Source: Ilumatobacteraceae bacterium
Lineage (GTDB): Bacteria; Actinomycetota; Acidimicrobiia; Acidimicrobiales; Ilumatobacteraceae
Reading direction: 5' to 3'
DNA length: 64,000 bases
Assembly (NCBI GenBank): GCA_044344715.1
Contig: JBIJCI010000001.1
Location: 13,713 to 77,712 of the forward strand
The stretch's first letter is position 1, and each line of letters starts with the position of its first letter. This document shows positions 60,877 through 64,000 of this stretch, one piece after another. A program made the position numbers and the translations under genes. Below the pieces are notes generated by a model that ran no database searches, was not told where the DNA came from, and worked only from the letters and a program-made list of their open reading frames with translations.

Positions 60877-62456
60877 TCAGGCGTACAGCGCGGCGAGGCG
60901 CCAGACGCCACGCTCGAGCACGGCAATCGCGGCAACGACCGGACCACCCCGGCTCGTGCAGCGCATCAGCACCTGCAACCGCACCATACGGCGTGCACGA
61001 CGCGGATCCCACCACCGTTCCTCCACCGGCCACGGCCCCGCCCATGCCACAACGTCGTAGCGACGCGCACCAATGCACACCACCGAGGGACCACCGCTCA
61101 TCGCATGCCGTGCGTCGACCGCGATGCAACGCCCGCCTGCATCGAGCACCCCGATTTCGGGGGCATCGGACGACGAATCGAACACCAACGTCGGTGCGGG
61201 TGACGGCAACGCACCGCTCCATTCGCCCGCTGCAGCATCGAACACGGCGCCCCTCGTGCGCCGCTCCACATCGACCGCGTCGCTGCGCACGAACTCGAAC
61301 GATCGTGCCGGGTCGCGGTCGCCGCGCCACGCCGGCACGGTGACCGACCCTGCTCCGATCATGTCGGCGATCCGACGCATGGCGCGCTGGGCGTGCCGAT
61401 CGCCGTCACGCTCGCCACCCCACAGTGCCGCCTGGCGTCCCGCATCGACGACGACCTGCTCGGGCGACAACCGAACCGAAACGACACCGCTGGTCGGCGC
61501 AGCATGGGCGATCCATGCGTCGAGTTGCCAACGCAGGCTCTCGACGATTGCACGATCGGTGAAACCATCGGATCGGTACCACATCCGTTCGGTGCGCTCA
61601 CCGTGGTCGGACTCGACGAGGATGTGCAGGCGGACCACCGCCAACCCGAGTGCGCGCAGATGATCCACCAATCCAGCGGAGAGTCCGGTGGCCGCCGACA
61701 CCACCGCATCGCGCGATTCGACCGGTTCGTCGAACTGCAGGAGTCGTACCCGTTCGGGGGTTGGTGCCACGACGAGCGGCGGGTGGCGGTCGAGCCCACG
61801 CGACAAACGCGAGAGATCACGACCGAAGGCACCGAACCGTGCGATCACATCCGCTTCCGACAACGCGGCGACGTCACCGAAGCGGTAGAGACCGAGTCGC
61901 TCCAAGAGCGACACGATGTCGCGGTACGACGCAACGTTTCCGACACCGGGAACTCCCGCCCCCACCGTGCCGATCACCCCGACGCAGTCGACCAGAGCGC
62001 GCACCGACGAGGTGGCGAGCCAGTGTGCCGATGCCGCAACGGGCACGACGAGGGGCTCACCCGACCGGATGGCATGGTGCGACGCAATGCCCGCGGCGAG
62101 GCGACCATCGGCGATACCGACACCGAATACTGCCAGTGACTCGTCGACCACCAATCCCCGCGCGGCGGCAATCATCGTGCGCACGGCATCGTGCACCGCC
62201 GTATGCATGATGCCGGCGAGCCGGTCGTCGCCACCGACATAACGCGACGGGCCGCGCGTGGCAACGATGATGACCCCCGGTGAGGCAACCTCGACGAGTG
62301 GCGCATATGCGACGACCGCCTGCACGATCGTCTCGAAGGCACTGCGTGCACTGCAACCGAGCGCTGCCGAATACTCCGACCAGCGGGGAAAGTGGACGAC
62401 TACGACGCGGGTAGGGGAAAGTGGACGACTACGACGCGGGTTGGGGCATCGGGCAT
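60877..62456 (-). CDS. imuB: ImuB (Y-family polymerase-like mutasome subunit); reading frame interrupted near its 5' end by a 29-bp tandem duplication
   Basis: The body (…VVVVHFPRWSEY…GVIIVATRG…) is ImuB-like. ATG 62456 reads MPDAPTRVVVVHFP and then terminates at TAG 62402-62400. Removing one 29-nt repeat copy restores a 516-codon ORF running to stop 60877. As sequenced, the only long in-frame option is GTG 62508, which adds an Arg/Cys/Pro-rich extension. Confidence 0.75.
62385..62442. repeat. 29-bp tandem direct duplication (2 copies)
   Basis: 62385-62412 is identical to 62414-62441 (ggggaaagtggacgactacgacgcgggt). The 29th base differs (a62413, t62442). gggg follows both copies, giving microhomology at the junction. 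Confidence 0.95.
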
Positions 62457-63070
62457 GGCAGCGTGACCGTCCCTTCGCGCGGCGACGGACAACGTCGACC
62501 GTCGACACGCATCCGCACCGTGCGCTGCGTGATGTGCGACCCGCCGTGTTCGATGCCCGACCACGACACCGTGTCGGCATGCACGTCGAGATCGGATGCG
62601 AACACGCTCGCCGAACCGAGCGCCGGCAACGCAGGAAGATCGACCGCGATGAGCACCGACTGTCGGGCGAGGATGCGCGACTGCAAACGCCGTGCATCGT
62701 GCGCACTCAACGTGGGGGGTGCGGCAACGATGAGCACGTCGAACCCCTCGACCAGTGCGGCGGCCGTCGTGACCCATTCGCGGCTGGCGCGGGGAGGTTG
62801 CACGAGCACGATGCGCTCGATGGCGACACCCGCCTCGATCGCCGCGGTGACACCGAGGTTGGGCACACCCACGACCGCCAACCACGAGCCGGAACGGGTG
62901 GCGGCGGCGGAGAGGGCGAGCGCCGTGGTCAATGCGGCATCACCCGTGCAGCCGACGGTGCGGCCACGGACGAGACCGCCGTCGACGAAGAGCGAGGCCA
63001 ATGGTGCCGTAACGGGTAAGGGGGCACGCACGATCGGGGTGCCGAGGCGGGTGCGGAGTTCGGTAGTCAC
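62429..63070 (-). CDS. imuA': ImuA' (RecA/SulA-like mutasome accessory protein)
   Basis: 213 aa. GCTGDAALTTALALSAAATRSGSWLAVVGVPNLG is typical of ImuA'. It is the first gene of the cassette, has a GTG start and has a LexA box 14 nt upstream. Confidence 0.8.
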   Translation of the reverse strand: MTTELRTRLGTPIVRAPLPVTAPLASLFVDGGLVRGRTVGCTGDAALTTALALSAAATRSGSWLAVVGVPNLGVTAAIEAGVAIERIVLVQPPRASREWVTTAAALVEGFDVLIVAAPPTLSAHDARRLQSRILARQSVLIAVDLPALPALGSASVFASDLDVHADTVSWSGIEHGGSHITQRTVRMRVDGRRCPSPREGTVTLPCPMPQPAS

Positions 63071-63083
63071 CCCCTCACCATAG

Positions 63084-63097
63084 CGAACAGGTGTTCG
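63084..63097 (-). promoter_or_regulatory. LexA (SOS/Cheo-type) box upstream of imuA', followed by a TAnnnT -10-like hexamer
   Basis: The coding-strand sequence is CGAACACCTGTTCG, then C, TATGGT (63082-63077), 6 nt and GTG at 63070. A CATAAT element also lies just upstream at 63108-63103. Confidence 0.7.
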
Positions 63098-63116
63098 CCC
63101 CCATTATGGGAAGGGA

Positions 63117-64000
63117 TTACTCCAGGTGGAGCAGGCCGTAAACGATCGACTCCTCGAGCGCACGCCAGGAGGCCTCGATGATGTTCGGCGAGACGCCGAT
63201 CGTGGTCCAGGTGCGGTCCCCGTCGGTGGCGTCGATGAGTACGCGCGTCACGGCCCCCGTTGCCGACGACGAGTCGAGGATGCGCACCTTGTAGTCGGTG
63301 AGGTGCACGCGCGAGAGCTGCGGATATTGCTTCAGGAGGCAGGCGCGCAACGCCGTGTCGATCGCATTGACCGGGCCGTTGCCCTCGGAGGTGTACACCT
63401 CGCGCTTCTCCCCGATCCACACCTTCACGGTGGCCTCGGTGGTGAATGCGCCGTTGGTCGACTCGTCGGTGATGACGCGCATCGACTCGACGCCGAAGAA
63501 CTCCTGCTGCCAGCCGGTGGCGCGGCGCATCAACAACTCGAGCGATGCATCGGCCGCCTCGAAGTGGTAGCCCTCGAACTCGAGGCGCTTCAGTTCGTCG
63601 AGGATCGAGCTCAACACGGCACCGTCGACCTTCAACTTCAGGTCCTCGGCCTTCATCGCGATGGTGGCGCGACCAGCCATCTCCGACACGAGGAAGCGGG
63701 TGCCGTTGCCGACCAGGTCGGGCGAGACGTGCTCGTATGCATCCTTGGCACGGGCGATGGCCGACACGTGCAGGCCGGCCTTGTGCGCGAAGGCGGATGC
63801 GCCGACGTACGGCGCCTGCGGGTTGAGCGGACGATTGAGCACCTCTGCCACGTGGTTGCTGACCGCGGTCAAGCGCTCGAGGCGGCCCTCGGGCAGGCAC
63901 TCGAAGCCCATCTTCAGCTGCAGGTTGGGAATGATCGTGGTGAGGTTGGTGTTGCCCGTGCGCTCACCGAGACCGTTCAACGTGCCCTGCACGTGGCGCA
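63117..64000 (-). CDS. Citramalate synthase / 2-isopropylmalate synthase family protein, C-terminal part (5' end outside the window)
   Basis: GERTGNTNL, YVGASAFAHKAGLHV and the C-terminal LeuA-type regulatory/dimerisation domain. The frame stays open to the window edge. The CimA-versus-LeuA assignment is not resolved. Confidence 0.8.
   Translation of the reverse strand, partial: RHVQGTLNGLGERTGNTNLTTIIPNLQLKMGFECLPEGRLERLTAVSNHVAEVLNRPLNPQAPYVGASAFAHKAGLHVSAIARAKDAYEHVSPDLVGNGTRFLVSEMAGRATIAMKAEDLKLKVDGAVLSSILDELKRLEFEGYHFEAADASLELLMRRATGWQQEFFGVESMRVITDESTNGAFTTEATVKVWIGEKREVYTSEGNGPVNAIDTALRACLLKQYPQLSRVHLTDYKVRILDSSSATGAVTRVLIDATDGDRTWTTIGVSPNIIEASWRALEESIVYGLLHLE

Noticed and set aside
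62400-62885. A 161-aa minus-strand ORF overlapping imuA' in another frame.
   Set aside because: It is not an independent gene. Only its last 18 codons, from ATG 62456, are meaningful. They are the displaced native imuB start, which is terminated by the 29-bp duplication.

Overview
This is a high-GC, very densely coded chromosomal segment from an actinobacterium. Lineage markers are CarD, DUF3499, DUF3039, cofD-cofE next to a GDP-mannose pyrophosphorylase, an imuA'-imuB-dnaE2 cassette with Cheo-type LexA boxes, and gene order resembling the Mycobacterium Rv3248c-Rv3264c region. The rhodopsin and overall style suggest an aquatic Acidimicrobiia-like organism, but I cannot prove that from the sequence. 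I support about 60 CDS and one tRNA-Arg(TCT). I found no rRNA, CRISPR array, transposase or integrase. Many same-strand neighbours overlap by 1-4 nt (ATGA, GTGA, TAATG), so most genes sit in translationally coupled operons.

Modules from left to right:
- Aminotransferase/SDR/P450 facing a dehydrogenase/SDR/glutamine-synthetase-like set, possibly amine catabolism.
- carD with a lysine-rich tail, tRNA-Arg, and an orphan DTE-motif microbial rhodopsin.
- cinA-pgsA-rimO, an SMP-30-family gene and ftsK.
- A TRIC channel, a Ca2+/Na+ antiporter and a seven-gene Mrp antiporter operon.
- menB, a TrmH-family methyltransferase, a truncated haemoglobin and a crotonase.
- secA-prfB-ftsE-ftsX, comF and ahcY.
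- A large cell-envelope glycan region: manB, a GT-C-like membrane protein, a giant GT2 fusion, a DUF5719-like protein, a flippase-like protein, gmd, fcl, three GT4 genes and manC. ftsH and the F420 genes cofD-cofE are interspersed.
- A rhomboid protease and DUF3039.
- The SOS mutasome imuA'-imuB-NUDIX-dnaE2.
- The 3' part of a citramalate/isopropylmalate synthase gene.

The most unusual signals are:
- A 29-bp tandem duplication exactly at the imuA'/imuB junction that breaks the native imuB start.
- A duplicated LexA-box/-10/GTG module that predicts leaderless, SOS-controlled imuA' and dnaE2 transcripts, with a NUDIX gene embedded in the cassette.
- The orphan rhodopsin.
- The histone-H1-like tail on CarD.

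No clear novel multi-gene defence-type system is visible. The large conserved but uncharacterised glycan machinery is the best candidate for unknown biology.
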